DNA of 12,996 nucleotides from a virus (Duplodnaviria; Heunggongvirae; Uroviricota; Caudoviricetes): IMG/VR virus record IMGVR_UViG_2547132488_000019, positions 1 to 12,996 of that record; one strand, 5' to 3'. Shown piece by piece: positions 1 to 7,241 of this stretch (position 1 is its first letter; each line of letters starts with the position of its first letter). The notes under the pieces were generated by a model. It saw only the letters and a program-made list of their open reading frames with translations, ran no database searches and was not told where the DNA came from. The position numbers and the translations under genes were made by a program.

Positions 1-55
1 TGTGTTTCATGATTATCGTGCATTTTTGAACATTTCAGGCTATTTTTCTCGCGTT

Positions 56-91
56 AGGTTCCCGCACAGGTTCCCACGTTTTATGGGAACC
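56..91 (+). promoter_or_regulatory. Repeat cluster upstream of int: two direct AGGTTCCC copies (56-63, 68-75) and a perfect 8-bp inverted repeat GGTTCCCA-N7-TGGGAACC (69-91)
   Basis: Read directly from the sequence; lies 20-55 bp upstream of the int ATG (112), with a GAGG Shine-Dalgarno at 101-104. Function (operator, Int/Xis arm site) is not determinable from sequence. Confidence 0.3.
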
Positions 92-111
92 CGAAATAAC
101 GAGGTCGTGTA

Positions 112-1209
112 ATGGCGTACTATAACATAGAGAAACGACTAAAATCCGATGGCACACCACGCTATCGCTGTAATGTGATTATCAAAGAAAAAGGTGTTAT
201 CACTTACAGGGAAAGCAAAACATTCCCTAAACATGCTCATGCCAAAACATGGGGCACACAGAAAGTGATGGAATTAGATCTATATGGCATTCCATCATCA
301 AATGCAGTTGACGGACTTACAGTCCGTGACTTACTACACAAATATTTAAATGACCCAAATGCCGGAGGTAAAGCAGGCCGTACTAAAAGATATGTGCTAG
401 AACTGATTATGGATAGTGACATCTCCGCGATCAAACTATCTGAACTGACAGAAAATGACGTAATTGAACATTGCAGGCTAAGAAACAACGCTGGCGCAGG
501 TCCAGCAACAGTCAGCCACGATGTTAGTTATCTTGGTAGTGTTCTGGATGCGGCCAAACCTGTATACGGAATTAATTACACATCAAACCCGGCGAAAAGT
601 GCTCGTCCATATCTACTTAAACTTGGTTTGATTGGTAAATCAAACCGTCGTAATCGTAGACCAGCATCTGATGAACTGGACATGCTAATTGAAGGCCTTC
701 AACAACGATCTACTCATAAATGCTCAAAAATTCAGTTCGTTGATATCCTCAAATTTTCTGTGTGGTCCTGTATGCGAATCGGAGAAGTATGCCGGTTACG
801 ATGGGAAGATCTCGACCAGGAACAAAAATCTATACTCGTAAGAGACAGGAAAGATCCACGCAAAAAGGAAGGCAACCACATGAAAGTAGCCTTGCTTGGG
901 GAAGCCTGGGATATCGTCCAACGACAGCCCCAAAAATCGGAATTCATTTTTCCATATAACAGCACTTCTGTTACTGCGGGATTTCAGAGAGTAAGAAGCA
1001 AATTAGGTATTAAAGATCTGCGATACCATGATTTGCGTAGAGAAGGGGCAAGTCGCTTATTTGAGGCTGGTTTTAGTATTGAGGAAGTCGCCCAGGTTAC
1101 AGGGCATCGTTCATTAAACGTGCTATGGCAGGTATATACCGAACTGTATCCGAAATCTTTACATAATCGTTTTGAAGAGCTCCAAAGGAGCAGAAATAAG
1201 ACCCCTTGA
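112..1209 (+). CDS. int: Tyrosine-type site-specific integrase/recombinase
   Basis: 365 aa; C-terminal catalytic signature of tyrosine recombinases (Arg in ...MRIGEVCRLRWEDL..., H-x-x-R in ...YHDLRREGASRLFEAG..., GHRS... and terminal Tyr in ...VYTELY); SD GAGG 7 nt upstream of ATG. Confidence 0.8.
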   Translation: MAYYNIEKRLKSDGTPRYRCNVIIKEKGVITYRESKTFPKHAHAKTWGTQKVMELDLYGIPSSNAVDGLTVRDLLHKYLNDPNAGGKAGRTKRYVLELIMDSDISAIKLSELTENDVIEHCRLRNNAGAGPATVSHDVSYLGSVLDAAKPVYGINYTSNPAKSARPYLLKLGLIGKSNRRNRRPASDELDMLIEGLQQRSTHKCSKIQFVDILKFSVWSCMRIGEVCRLRWEDLDQEQKSILVRDRKDPRKKEGNHMKVALLGEAWDIVQRQPQKSEFIFPYNSTSVTAGFQRVRSKLGIKDLRYHDLRREGASRLFEAGFSIEEVAQVTGHRSLNVLWQVYTELYPKSLHNRFEELQRSRNKTP

Positions 1210-1234
1210 CACTGTTTATCCATACAGCTAAAAA
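1206..1234 (+). promoter_or_regulatory. Sigma70-like promoter of the dinI-like gene (-35 TTGACA 1206-1211, 17-bp spacer, -10 TAAAAA 1229-1234)
   Basis: Perfect -35 hexamer overlapping the int stop codon; -10 is a 4/6 match. Position relative to the LexA boxes is typical of SOS promoters. Confidence 0.5.
1210..1229 (+). promoter_or_regulatory. LexA box 1 (cACTGT-ttatccat-ACAGct)
   Basis: CTGT-N8-ACAG at 1212-1227, overlapping the promoter spacer. Confidence 0.55.
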
Positions 1235-1237
1235 TAA

Positions 1238-1257
1238 TACTGTATACAAACACAGTA
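1238..1257 (+). promoter_or_regulatory. LexA box 2 (TACTGT-atacaaac-ACAGTA)
   Basis: Both half-sites match the E. coli SOS-box consensus TACTGT-N8-ACAGTA exactly; sits between the -10 and the SD of the dinI-like gene. Confidence 0.75.
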
Positions 1258-1270
1258 TAGAGGGACTTTT

Positions 1271-1519
1271 ATGCGTATTGAAATCTGCATAGCCAAAGAA
1301 AAAATGACTAAAATGCCAACCGGTGCTGTGGATGCGTTAAAGGAAGAATTAACCCGACGCATCAGTAAGCGTTATGACGATGTAGAGGTGATCGTAAAAG
1401 CCACCAGCAACGATGGCCTTTCTGTTACGCGCACAGCCGATAAAGATTCAGCTAAAACTTTTGTGCAGGAAACTCTGAAAGATACCTGGGAGTCTGCTGA
1501 CGAGTGGTTTGTTCACTAA
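1271..1519 (+). CDS. dinI: DinI-family protein (DNA-damage-inducible protein I-like, RecA modulator)
   Basis: 82 aa; MRIEICIAK..., ...GAVDAL..EL.RRI..., ...LSV..., C-terminal ...[16 protein letters not shown] closely match E. coli DinI as I recall it; SD GAGGG 7 nt upstream; preceded by two LexA boxes. Confidence 0.88.
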   Translation: MRIEICIAKEKMTKMPTGAVDALKEELTRRISKRYDDVEVIVKATSNDGLSVTRTADKDSAKTFVQETLKDTWESADEWFVH

Positions 1520-1522
1520 TGA

Positions 1523-1586
1523 GCACTATCGGAAGTTCACCTGCCAACCACAGCACGTTCTTGCATACAACGTGCCTGCGGTTTTT
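1523..1586 (+). repeat. Direct repeat copy 1 (~64 bp, ~75% identical to 3126-3189)
   Basis: gcactatcggaagtt...gcacgttcttgcatacaacgtgc...ggttt versus gcactatcgaaagtt...gcacgttcttgcatacgacgtgc...ggttt; aligned by eye, same length, same orientation. Confidence 0.6.
1546..1586 (+). terminator. Putative rho-independent terminator after dinI-like gene
   Basis: Hairpin GCACGTT-cttgcatac-AACGTGC (1553-1575), extendable with a bulge, followed by TTTTT (1582-1586). Moderate stem GC content. Confidence 0.45.
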
Positions 1587-1788
1587 CGAGACTATTCTGA
1601 CCGCCATACTTACACATCAACCTGGCGCACATCCAGAGAAAGTATCTCTTTTGCATTCCGAAGATTCAAAGAGTTAGCCTAATTTTCCAGATAGTTTTCT
1701 CGACAAATCTGAGGTATTTTGGTTATCGATATAGTGCTTTGGCTGAGGAACAGCATTAAATTCAACCATTTTATTCATAGGGATTAAA

Positions 1789-2793
1789 ATGCAAGATACA
1801 GACGTTTACGTATACATAGGCGATGTTCACCGCTCTGGTCATCACGACATCACCAAAGCGATTAAAGAAAGAAAAACTAACCATGGTTTACAAAAAAATG
1901 TTCTTTTTTGCGTCGCTACCTATGGCGGTGATCCCAGCGCAGGATATAGAATTGGCCGCGCTTTGCAACACAACTATGAACACATCACCGTTCTAGTTGT
2001 TGGCCCTTGCAAAAGTGCTGGAACCTTGATGGCTGTCGCCGCTCATAAGCTCGTGATTGGTGATATGGGTGAGCTTGGTCCTCTAGACATCCAACTTAAG
2101 AAAAATGATGAGATCGGCGAATTGAGCTCGGGCCTTGTTATCGCAACGGCGATTGATGAAATAAAAGAGTGCGCTATTTCGACCTTTAGATCATACGTAC
2201 TTGATATAAAGTACAGAAACCAAATTAGCACGAAGATGTCTGCAGATATTGCTGCTAAGCTTACTGAAGCAATCATATCGCCGATGGCCTCACAGATAGA
2301 CCCCATCAAACTCGGGGAGCATCAACGAGCAATGAACATAGCGCTTTCCTATGGGGAGCGTTTGAATAGTCACTCGAAAAATCTTAAGGAAAGCTCCTTA
2401 GGCAAGTTGATCGCTGGATATCCAGCCCATGGTTTTGTGATAGACCGTAAAGAGGCGAGGGAACTATTCAACCATGTTGAGAGTCCTACAGACTTTGCAG
2501 CCAACCTGTACGAAGTTCTTGGTGAGATGATTTCGTCAGGCGAAATCTCTATCTTCGACAAACCGGTGATTAAAGATTTAACTCCTAAAAAACAATATGA
2601 AACAACTAACGCAGAGGAAGATTCCCATGACAACAGCAGAATTCAGGAAGGAGATGAAATCTCTGACCAAAATTCAGGAAGAGCAGAACCGCCAAGGGAT
2701 GAACCTGTCCAGGGAAGCGATGGAAAACATGCGGAAATTGAAGAAGAGGCTGGAACCTTACCAGCAGAGCAACCAGATGAAGGCACTCAGTGA
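1789..2793 (+). CDS. ClpP/crotonase-fold serine-peptidase-like protein (S49/SDH-like) with acidic disordered C-terminal tail
   Basis: 334 aa; N-terminal ...NVLFCVATYGGDPSAGYRIGRAL...ITVLVVGPCKSAGTLMAVAAHK... lines up with the ClpP/SppA motifs (SPGG...AG...GxAAS), giving Ser76 as candidate nucleophile and Lys104/105 as candidate base; last ~70 aa are Asp/Glu-rich. SD AGGGA 5 nt upstream. Family call is from motif memory, not from a search. Confidence 0.55.
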   Translation: MQDTDVYVYIGDVHRSGHHDITKAIKERKTNHGLQKNVLFCVATYGGDPSAGYRIGRALQHNYEHITVLVVGPCKSAGTLMAVAAHKLVIGDMGELGPLDIQLKKNDEIGELSSGLVIATAIDEIKECAISTFRSYVLDIKYRNQISTKMSADIAAKLTEAIISPMASQIDPIKLGEHQRAMNIALSYGERLNSHSKNLKESSLGKLIAGYPAHGFVIDRKEARELFNHVESPTDFAANLYEVLGEMISSGEISIFDKPVIKDLTPKKQYETTNAEEDSHDNSRIQEGDEISDQNSGRAEPPRDEPVQGSDGKHAEIEEEAGTLPAEQPDEGTQ

Positions 2794-2814
2794 ATATTGT
2801 AGTTTCTGATTGAG

Positions 2815-2845
2815 GACCTCGGCTACTACGCCGGGGTCTCTTTTT
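2815..2845 (+). terminator. Rho-independent terminator of the peptidase-like gene
   Basis: GACCTCGGC-tactac-GCCGGGGTC (9-bp GC-rich stem, one G-U pair) followed by TCTCTTTTT, 22 bp after the stop codon. Confidence 0.65.
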
Positions 2846-2963
2846 ACATCACTGGACAGTCATCAAACTCCGCATTCCTAGCATCGTGATGATGTACGTG
2901 ATTGCTCCGAATATTGAGTGTGAGTAATTGTAGCCACCACCATCATCTGGCAGTGCTTCCGTT

Positions 2964-3310
2964 CTCCAGATTTATCAGGTGGGACTAAGGGTGAGTACGA
3001 TATCGCTTAATCCTGAAACTCCATTTCAGACAGGGCCCCTATTACAGACCGAAAGACCACAGATAAGTAGTTTGTTCATAAATTAATGCGTAGAATCAAT
3101 AACGGCTGGAAATCATTCAATACTCGCACTATCGAAAGTTTGCCAGCCAGCCGTGGCACGTTCTTGCATACGACGTGCTACGGTTTCATTTATCTCCCGA
3201 AACTCCATTTGGATTTATCCGGTGCGCCGTAAAACCCCGTCCTTCAGGGCGTGGAGGATGTCAACTGGACGCACTGGAACTGGTCGATACTTCCGGTGCG
3301 CCAGATATTG
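2964..3310. repeat. Cluster of short degenerate repeats in the 520-bp non-coding gap
   Basis: GATTTATC(A/C)GGTG(G/C)G at 2968-2983 and 3211-3226; GAAACTCCATTT at 3014-3025 and 3199-3210; CCGGTGCGCC at 3219-3228 and 3293-3302. Confidence 0.4.
3126..3189 (+). repeat. Direct repeat copy 2 (partner of 1523-1586)
   Basis: See copy 1; contains hairpin GCACGT(T)-cttgcatac-(G)ACGTGC, extendable to ~12 bp with G-U pairs. Confidence 0.6.
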
Positions 3311-3316
3311 AATGGC

Positions 3317-3919
3317 CTACGCCTCCGGCAGTTCAGGCCAGATGACATCCGGCTCGGTGCTGGTATCTGTTGCCGTCACTGCGTCAATGTAATCCAGCAC
3401 AGCGTTAAGCCGGGTTGTTTCTGCCTGCGTCAGCTTCCGTCCGGCCTGTAATTTCAGTTGAATCAGACTGATGGAAGCCATTGCTGCATCAATCAGTGAC
3501 TGGCGTTGGATTTCTGCCGCGTCTACTGCGGCGCTATATTGTGCCTCGGTATCGGTCACCCATTTCTCTCCATCCCATTTATCGTATGGCGTTAATGGGG
3601 CGATAGTGGTTGTATTTTCAGGGTAATCCCCCAGAGCTGTGATTTCTTTTGATTCTCCTGTTTCAGTGCTATATACAATTTCACTGCGATGGTCTGGTAC
3701 ATATTCCCATGAGTTTAAACCTGCAGAACGGCAAATAGCATAACCATCTTTACGTGTGGCAGGAGCATCTAAACATGAATATGCCGGAATACCGACACCA
3801 ACGGCAATATATTCAATAGATGGGGAAATATACTCTCGCGTTTCACCGTCAAAGTTATAAACAGTAACATTTCCAGCCTTCGTAGCAATATGTTCGCTAT
3901 TTAATACAGCATTATCCAT
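3317..3919 (-). CDS. tfa: Tail fiber assembly protein (Tfa/gpU-like chaperone)
   Basis: 200 aa; C-terminal ...RLNAVLDYIDAVTATDTSTEPDVIWPELPE typical of Tfa proteins; start overlaps the tail-fiber stop (TAATG); lower GC than the upstream tail genes. Confidence 0.85.
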   Translation of the reverse strand: MDNAVLNSEHIATKAGNVTVYNFDGETREYISPSIEYIAVGVGIPAYSCLDAPATRKDGYAICRSAGLNSWEYVPDHRSEIVYSTETGESKEITALGDYPENTTTIAPLTPYDKWDGEKWVTDTEAQYSAAVDAAEIQRQSLIDAAMASISLIQLKLQAGRKLTQAETTRLNAVLDYIDAVTATDTSTEPDVIWPELPEA

Positions 3920-4644
3920 TACACAGCTCTCACAATATAGTTAAATGCAATATTACGAGGGCGAGATTCTCTCCCCCCCACCGAGTTAGTACTATCGGAT
4001 CTCTGTTGATTTACTGAGCCAGAAACATCAGCGGCTAAAAGATAATATCCACCTGTTGTATCAAATCCAGTTTGTGCCCATGTTCTTTCGAAATAATGAC
4101 TATGTGATTTAAATTCATCTGTTTGAGTTGATAATAACGCGCGCCCACTATCCACTCCACGCCCATCATCCCAGCCACGAATAAACTCACCGCGTAAATC
4201 AGGTAATTTATTTGTCGGGTAAACCCTCGCCAGTTTAGGATATTCAACGGCAGAAAAAGCCGCACCGTTACATTTCAGCCAGCCAGTAGGCGGTATTGCA
4301 GAAGGCCACGGAACAGGCACACCAACGGGTAATGCCGAACCTTCTCCCAAACCAAGGTTTTCGAGAGCCGTTTTCACCGTGCCATCCGATTTGATATCGC
4401 CAAACGGATTCTTGCGGCTTAACAGCAGCGCACGAAGCGCGGTAAGCAGCTGGTCATGCCGCCCCTTCTCCAGGCTGGCACCGGATGCCTCCACCACGCT
4501 GCAGAGTTCTTCCTGCAACATGTCAAAGTAGTCATCATCCAGATCGGTGGCAGGCGTACCAGTCTGGGGGTTACCACGGGTAAAACCGTTCTTACCCGCG
4601 CCGAACTTATCCTTCTGCGCGGTTTTCGTATCTATACGATGCAT
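3919..4644 (-). CDS. Tail fiber protein (short; tail-collar-type C-terminal receptor-binding domain)
   Basis: 241 aa; C-terminal ...[22 protein letters not shown]...[39 protein letters not shown]... resembles phage tail-collar domains; directly precedes tfa; GC-rich 5' part and AT-richer 3' part. Confidence 0.8.
   Translation of the reverse strand: MHRIDTKTAQKDKFGAGKNGFTRGNPQTGTPATDLDDDYFDMLQEELCSVVEASGASLEKGRHDQLLTALRALLLSRKNPFGDIKSDGTVKTALENLGLGEGSALPVGVPVPWPSAIPPTGWLKCNGAAFSAVEYPKLARVYPTNKLPDLRGEFIRGWDDGRGVDSGRALLSTQTDEFKSHSHYFERTWAQTGFDTTGGYYLLAADVSGSVNQQRSDSTNSVGGRESRPRNIAFNYIVRAV
4342..4367. other. Hin/Gin/Cin/Pin-type crossover-like site (TTCTCCCAAACC-AA-GGTTTTCGAGAG) inside the tail-fiber gene
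   Basis: Core AAACC-AA-GGTTT matches hixL (TTCTTGAAAACCAAGGTTTTTGATAA as I recall it; about 20 of 26 positions). Lies at the compositional boundary inside stf and encodes ...[10 protein letters not shown].... No invertase gene is in the window. Confidence 0.35.
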
Positions 4645-4647
4645 GGA

Positions 4648-5232
4648 TTACTCCGGATATTTAAAAATTACGTAGGTATGCGACGGGCAGAGTTTGTTAA
4701 GCACACACTCGACAACGGTGTCGCCCCAGATACGCAGTGCGGAATCACAGGGATCGCCACATGTCATCCAGGTGGTGTTGGTGGTGGTTGGCATGTTGAC
4801 CTGCCAGTAATACCGCCATTCCGGCGCATTCACCGCGTCAGTACAGGCCGATGAGCAGGTGAACGTGCTTTTGTCGTATCGCGTGATGGTGGCATCTGGT
4901 CTGCCCAGGGCAGCAAGCTGTGCAAGATAAAAATCCTCGTTGATGCCGCCCGCCAGGTTAACCTTCGCATCCAGCCGTTGCTGACGCTGGCGAAGGGTCT
5001 GCGTTCCCGCCGGAATACATTCATCCGGCAGACCGCACAGACGCTCCCAGCGGTTTATCAGTTCAGTGGTGGTGCGCGGATCCAGCTCCCGCATCAGGGC
5101 ATCCGCACGCTGATGAACACGGGTTAATGACGGTGCCGCACCGGCAATCGCCGGATCGCTGGCTGACCACGCCGGACCGGGCGGCAACAGTGCCGATAAC
5201 AGGCGGATGTAATCATCGTTTGTCACGTCCAT
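4648..5232 (-). CDS. Phage tail protein, DUF2313 / Mu gp48-like (YmfQ-like)
   Basis: 194 aa; N-terminus [22 protein letters not shown]... matches what I recall of the e14 YmfQ / Mu gp48 family; position between baseplate J and the tail fiber. Confidence 0.8.
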   Translation of the reverse strand: MDVTNDDYIRLLSALLPPGPAWSASDPAIAGAAPSLTRVHQRADALMRELDPRTTTELINRWERLCGLPDECIPAGTQTLRQRQQRLDAKVNLAGGINEDFYLAQLAALGRPDATITRYDKSTFTCSSACTDAVNAPEWRYYWQVNMPTTTNTTWMTCGDPCDSALRIWGDTVVECVLNKLCPSHTYVIFKYPE

Positions 5233-6281
5233 GAAATCGTCCCCAGTACCGCCAGTTCGTTTTTCGCAATGGAGATATTGTCCACCGGTGCAAGCAACTG
5301 ATGGCTGTATTCCCCGTTCGCACCGGAAATCGCTTCACTGATACGTGACACCTTCAGTTCTCCCTGCGGATAACCATCACGCAGCAGGAACGAACGCAAC
5401 TCGGCGGTGATGGCAGCCCGTATTTCCGGTGTGTCCGGCGTCACGCGGATATGAAAATCCACCGTATGCGCCACCGGCCTGAACACATACAAATCAGAGC
5501 CTGCCACCGGGGCCAGTGGCTCAATGTGTTGTCTTGCCGCCGTTTCCGTTGATTCTTCCGGAATGGGATTAATCAGGTCACTGCCGGCAATCATCACACC
5601 GACAGTTCCCGTTCCCATCCAGTGACGGTATGTCCATGCGCGGGTAATGCCGGGCACTTCTTTAGCCCAGACGACATAGTCCCCGTCAGCCCCGCCCTGC
5701 GGCGTCCAGTAATACCGCTCAATGACGCGGGCGCGCCACGTTTCCAGATCTTCTGTATCAAATCCGCCTGTCAGGGTGTCAGTCACACCGGAAGACGGCA
5801 GACCATTCACCGGCGTGACCAGGATTAATGCCGTACCATCGTCAGCGTTACTGACCGCGCCTGTAGTTGAGCAAGTGATCGGCACACGCAGGACACCACC
5901 GGAGCTGGTTGCATCGGCAGTTGCCGTGTACTGAACCAGGTCATCGCGCTGAATCACGCTCCCGGCAGTCACCTTCAGGCCATCGCTGACACCTTCCCAG
6001 CGCATATACCCGCTGGCAGCCGTGGCCCCCTTGCGCGGACACCGTTTCATCGCAGCATGTCGCGCCAGCCAGGACTCATCGCACAGGTCAGGCAGCATAT
6101 TCATTGCCAGATAATCGATGTACCCGTAAACCGTATGCAGCGCCGCCGCATACACCTTTGCCCGCACGTCTTCATCCATGCGCCGGAGCGTGTCGCTGAC
6201 GTCCAGCCTGGCAAATAAATCGTTACGGAGCATACTGATATTTTCTGCCAGCGTCGGGCGCTGAAATTCACTGTCCGCCAT
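5223..6281 (-). CDS. Baseplate J-like protein (Mu gp47 / P2 gpJ family)
   Basis: 352 aa; size, position and overlap with flanking genes fit the baseplate wedge subunit. Confidence 0.8.
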   Translation of the reverse strand: MADSEFQRPTLAENISMLRNDLFARLDVSDTLRRMDEDVRAKVYAAALHTVYGYIDYLAMNMLPDLCDESWLARHAAMKRCPRKGATAASGYMRWEGVSDGLKVTAGSVIQRDDLVQYTATADATSSGGVLRVPITCSTTGAVSNADDGTALILVTPVNGLPSSGVTDTLTGGFDTEDLETWRARVIERYYWTPQGGADGDYVVWAKEVPGITRAWTYRHWMGTGTVGVMIAGSDLINPIPEESTETAARQHIEPLAPVAGSDLYVFRPVAHTVDFHIRVTPDTPEIRAAITAELRSFLLRDGYPQGELKVSRISEAISGANGEYSHQLLAPVDNISIAKNELAVLGTISWT

Positions 6282-6696
6282 GCGTTATCGCACTCCACAG
6301 ATCATCAAAAGAAATCATTACCGGTCCGTCACGACGCCAGAGAGTGATACTGTTACCCAGTTCATTAATCCCGGTGCGGCGGATATCCAGATCAATACGG
6401 GACACCACGCCGTCATCAATCATCCATTGCAGGCATTCGCGGATATACCCCCTTACCGTCTGCACCAGCTGATTGGTCAGTTTGCTGCGCTGAAGCAGCC
6501 ACAGTCGGGAGCCGTAACGGTCATTCTGTACCGCAGGCCAGGTATCCCCCCACCATCCCATCGGGACGTCGGCGTTGTCATCAGGCTCCGCCCGCCGCCA
6601 GGTAAACAGGGAAATCACCACGGCGCGGGTCAGCGGATCCAGCGGTGCGCTGGCGCAGGTGCGTTTACCGTTCACCGTCAGCCACAGTTCCATCAT
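6268..6696 (-). CDS. Phage GP46-family baseplate protein (Mu gp46-like)
   Basis: 142 aa; 4-nt overlap with the upstream gene; position between spike and J-like genes. Confidence 0.7.
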   Translation of the reverse strand: MMELWLTVNGKRTCASAPLDPLTRAVVISLFTWRRAEPDDNADVPMGWWGDTWPAVQNDRYGSRLWLLQRSKLTNQLVQTVRGYIRECLQWMIDDGVVSRIDLDIRRTGINELGNSITLWRRDGPVMISFDDLWSAITHGGQ

Positions 6697-7241
6697 GCCT
6701 CCATCGCTTTATCAGGTTTGTCGGTGTTACTGCCCTGACCGTTCTCTCTGTGACGATGCCCGTTATAGGCAAGCCGCATCGCTGACATGGTGGTGCCGCT
6801 GGAGTCGCACAGGTCTTTCACCTGTCCTGTCACTTCCAGGTCCATTTCAAAACGTGCTTTAGGTGAATTGCGAAACGTGATCGTTTTACCTGCACCGTCC
6901 ACCACGATCCCCTCCCGGGTCAGCGTCACGGACTGCCCCTGATCGTCATAGACAGCCACCTCACCCGTCTGCAGCCCTTTCAGGCGGTAGCGCCGGTCCG
7001 ACACCGTAACAACCACCGCATGAGAACGGTCGCCATCCGGAAACAACACCACCGCTTCCGCACCGCTGTTTGCCCTTGCGGTAAAACCGTAGGGTTCAAG
7101 ATGTTCAACCCCGGCTTTGGGTTCACCGGCAATCAGGGACACATCCACGGTCTGACATTTCGTGGCGGCACTGATGCTTTTCACCACGGCCCGCCCAATC
7201 AGGCCGAGGAGTTGTCGCTGCATGGCTTCAATCGTCCTCAT
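6693..7241 (-). CDS. Baseplate central spike / assembly protein V (Mu gp45-like)
   Basis: 182 aa; C-terminal ...AYNGHRHRENG carries an HxH motif like the metal-binding spike tips of gp45/gpV-type proteins; ATGA overlap with the hub gene. Confidence 0.8.
   Translation of the reverse strand: MRTIEAMQRQLLGLIGRAVVKSISAATKCQTVDVSLIAGEPKAGVEHLEPYGFTARANSGAEAVVLFPDGDRSHAVVVTVSDRRYRLKGLQTGEVAVYDDQGQSVTLTREGIVVDGAGKTITFRNSPKARFEMDLEVTGQVKDLCDSSGTTMSAMRLAYNGHRHRENGQGSNTDKPDKAMEA

Noticed and set aside
618-635. TAAACTTGGTTTGATTGG inside int, resembling a hix-like AAACC-NN-GGTTT core
   Set aside because: Weaker match with broken half-sites; explained by codons for ...LKLGLIG...; no positional logic for an inversion site inside int.
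237-1253. Small ORFs inside or antisense to the integrase gene (237-488 -, 732-965 -, 762-959 +, 984-1253 -)
   Set aside because: Fully embedded in the integrase reading frame region, no ribosome-binding sites, and no recognisable motifs.
2597-2809. 70-aa + strand ORF overlapping the 3' end of the peptidase-like gene in another frame
   Set aside because: Nested inside the acidic-tail coding region; the local repeat AATTCAGGAAG(G)AG creates the alternative open frame and there is no SD.
2794-3316. Possible invertible tail-fiber segment (G/C/P-type) with alternate fiber cassette and invertase
   Set aside because: No second fiber/Tfa pair on the + strand, no inverted partner site, and no serine-recombinase ORF in the window; only the single site in stf remains, reported as a finding.
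3251-3451. 66-aa + strand ORF overlapping the tfa 3' end
   Set aside because: Antisense to tfa, Cys/Arg-rich, no SD; an independent gene is unlikely.
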